NCBI GenBank assembly: GCA_021639925.1
Contig: JAJXEL010000003.1
Location: forward strand, 1-35,286
DNA length: 35,286 nucleotides
Direction: 5' to 3'
Origin: Alphaproteobacteria bacterium
GTDB lineage: Bacteria > Pseudomonadota > Alphaproteobacteria > CAAGCB01 > CAG-977
The stretch's first letter is position 1; each line of letters starts with the position of its first letter. The position numbers were made by a program, and so were the translations under genes. Positions 34,338 through 35,286 of this stretch are shown one piece after another. The notes below the pieces were generated by a model. It was not told the DNA's origin. It did no database searches and saw nothing but the letters and a program-made list of their open reading frames with translations.

Positions 34338-35286
34338 GTGACTGATAAAACAATATGGGTGCTGGCAGATGACAGAGCCGGCAATACGGCGCAGGCTTTG
34401 GGAACGGCGGAGGCTGTCGGCGCGGAAACGATCGTAAAAAAAGTGCGTTATACCGGGGCGGTCGTTCTGCCCAATGTGTTGCGGGGCGCGTCGACGCTGG
34501 GGATTACGCCGGAAACGCTGGCGGAAATAACGGAACCGTTCCCCGACGTTGCTATCGCCGCGGGCCGGCGCGCCGCGCCGCTGCTGCGGTATATTAAAAA
34601 ACGGTCGGGCGGAAAGACAAAAATCGTCCAGATTATGTTTCCCGGAAATTTCGGCCTGTCCGATTTTGATCTGGTTGTTTTGCCCGGTCATGACGGCTGT
34701 AAGCTGGTCCGCCCGAACATTATGCGTACGACAGGCGCGCCGCACCGCATTACGCCCGAACGGCTGGCTGCGGAAAAGGAAAAGAGGGCGGGCGTTTTTG
34801 AAAGCCTGCCGGCGCCGCGCATCGCTTTGATTGTCGGCGGCGCGACCAAAGACAAACCCTTCACCGCCGAAATGGCAAAGGATCTGGCTGCCCGTTCCGT
34901 CGCGCTTTCACAGGCGTTGGGGGGCGGATCTTTTTTGGTAACGACGTCCCGCAGAACAGGGGAAGAACAGGAAAAAATTATCCGCGACGCTTTGCCCGAC
35001 CCGAAATTTTTCTACGGCTGGGGCAATAAAGAAATTGAAAATCCGTATTTCGGTTTTCTGGCTTTGGCCGATCATATCATCGTGACCGGGGATTCCGTTT
35101 CCATGTGTTCGGAAGCCTGCGCCGCGGACGCGCCGGTTTATATTTACGCGCCGCAGGGAACGGTCGGGAAAAAACATGCTCTGCTGCATCGGGAATTATA
35201 TGAAAAAGGATATGCCGTCGAATTAACGGAAAATCCCGTTCCCGTCGCGCCCGGCGAACCGAAACGGCTGAACGCGGCCTGGGACG
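34338..35286 (+). CDS. ELM1 / DUF1022-family protein (mitochondrial-fission-ELM1-like), partial at window edge
   Basis: This ORF is not in the track because it runs off the window. GTG 34338 follows a GAAGGG RBS. My own translation gives TDKTIWVLADDRAGNTAQALG..., PFPDVAIAAGRRAAPLLRYIKKRSGGKTKIVQIMFPG, FDLVVLPGHD, PRIALIVGGATKDKPF, LVTTSRRTGEEQ and NPYFGFLALADHIIVTGDSVSMCSEA. These match the family pattern as I recall it. Confidence 0.7.
   Translation, partial: MTDKTIWVLADDRAGNTAQALGTAEAVGAETIVKKVRYTGAVVLPNVLRGASTLGITPETLAEITEPFPDVAIAAGRRAAPLLRYIKKRSGGKTKIVQIMFPGNFGLSDFDLVVLPGHDGCKLVRPNIMRTTGAPHRITPERLAAEKEKRAGVFESLPAPRIALIVGGATKDKPFTAEMAKDLAARSVALSQALGGGSFLVTTSRRTGEEQEKIIRDALPDPKFFYGWGNKEIENPYFGFLALADHIIVTGDSVSMCSEACAADAPVYIYAPQGTVGKKHALLHRELYEKGYAVELTENPVPVAPGEPKRLNAAWD

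Noticed and set aside
34293-34745. 150-aa minus-strand ORF listed in the track.
   Set aside because: Its product is Arg-rich and low-complexity. It lies entirely opposite the plus-strand ELM1-family reading frame, which has clear family motifs, so it is a shadow ORF.

Overview
The window is a dense, almost fully coding stretch of bacterial chromosome, roughly 50% GC by eye. Its gene content looks alphaproteobacterial: Bat aerotolerance-type genes, a FlaF-like regulator, an ELM1/DUF1022-family gene, hom-recJ, and a Rickettsiales-style vir gene order. All calls come from motif recognition by eye, because no searches could be run.

The centrepiece is a tightly packed partial type IV secretion operon at 9860-20969, ordered virB8-like, virB7-like lipoprotein, virB8-like, virB9, virB10, virB11. 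Two components look atypical. VirB10 is about 2,288 aa, several-fold larger than canonical VirB10. About 4.9 kb of 51-nt (17-aa) tandem repeats sit between its N-terminal membrane anchor and a recognisable C-terminal TrbI/VirB10 barrel domain, which recalls Helicobacter CagY in concept but uses an unrelated repeat. VirB9 is about 511 aa and carries Gly/Ala-rich linkers and a C-terminal SPOR-like (peptidoglycan-binding) domain.

The flanking genes are mostly housekeeping:
- Upstream: the 3' end of a Bat VWA/TPR gene, BatD, a sensor-like membrane protein, a PF04392-type binding protein, phosphofructokinase, two hydrolases, a DEAD-box helicase and a carboxylesterase.
- Downstream: TrkH, an orphan FlaF-like gene, an orphan family-3 binding protein, adenosine deaminase, a lipoprotein, hom and recJ.
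- At the right end: a polysaccharide-modification group (AlgX/AlgJ-like, MBOAT, GH114-like hydrolase) next to a partial ELM1-family gene.

Two real genes touch the window edges and are absent from the ORF track (1-432 and 34338-35286). I saw no rRNA, tRNA, CRISPR array, integrase, transposase or relaxase.
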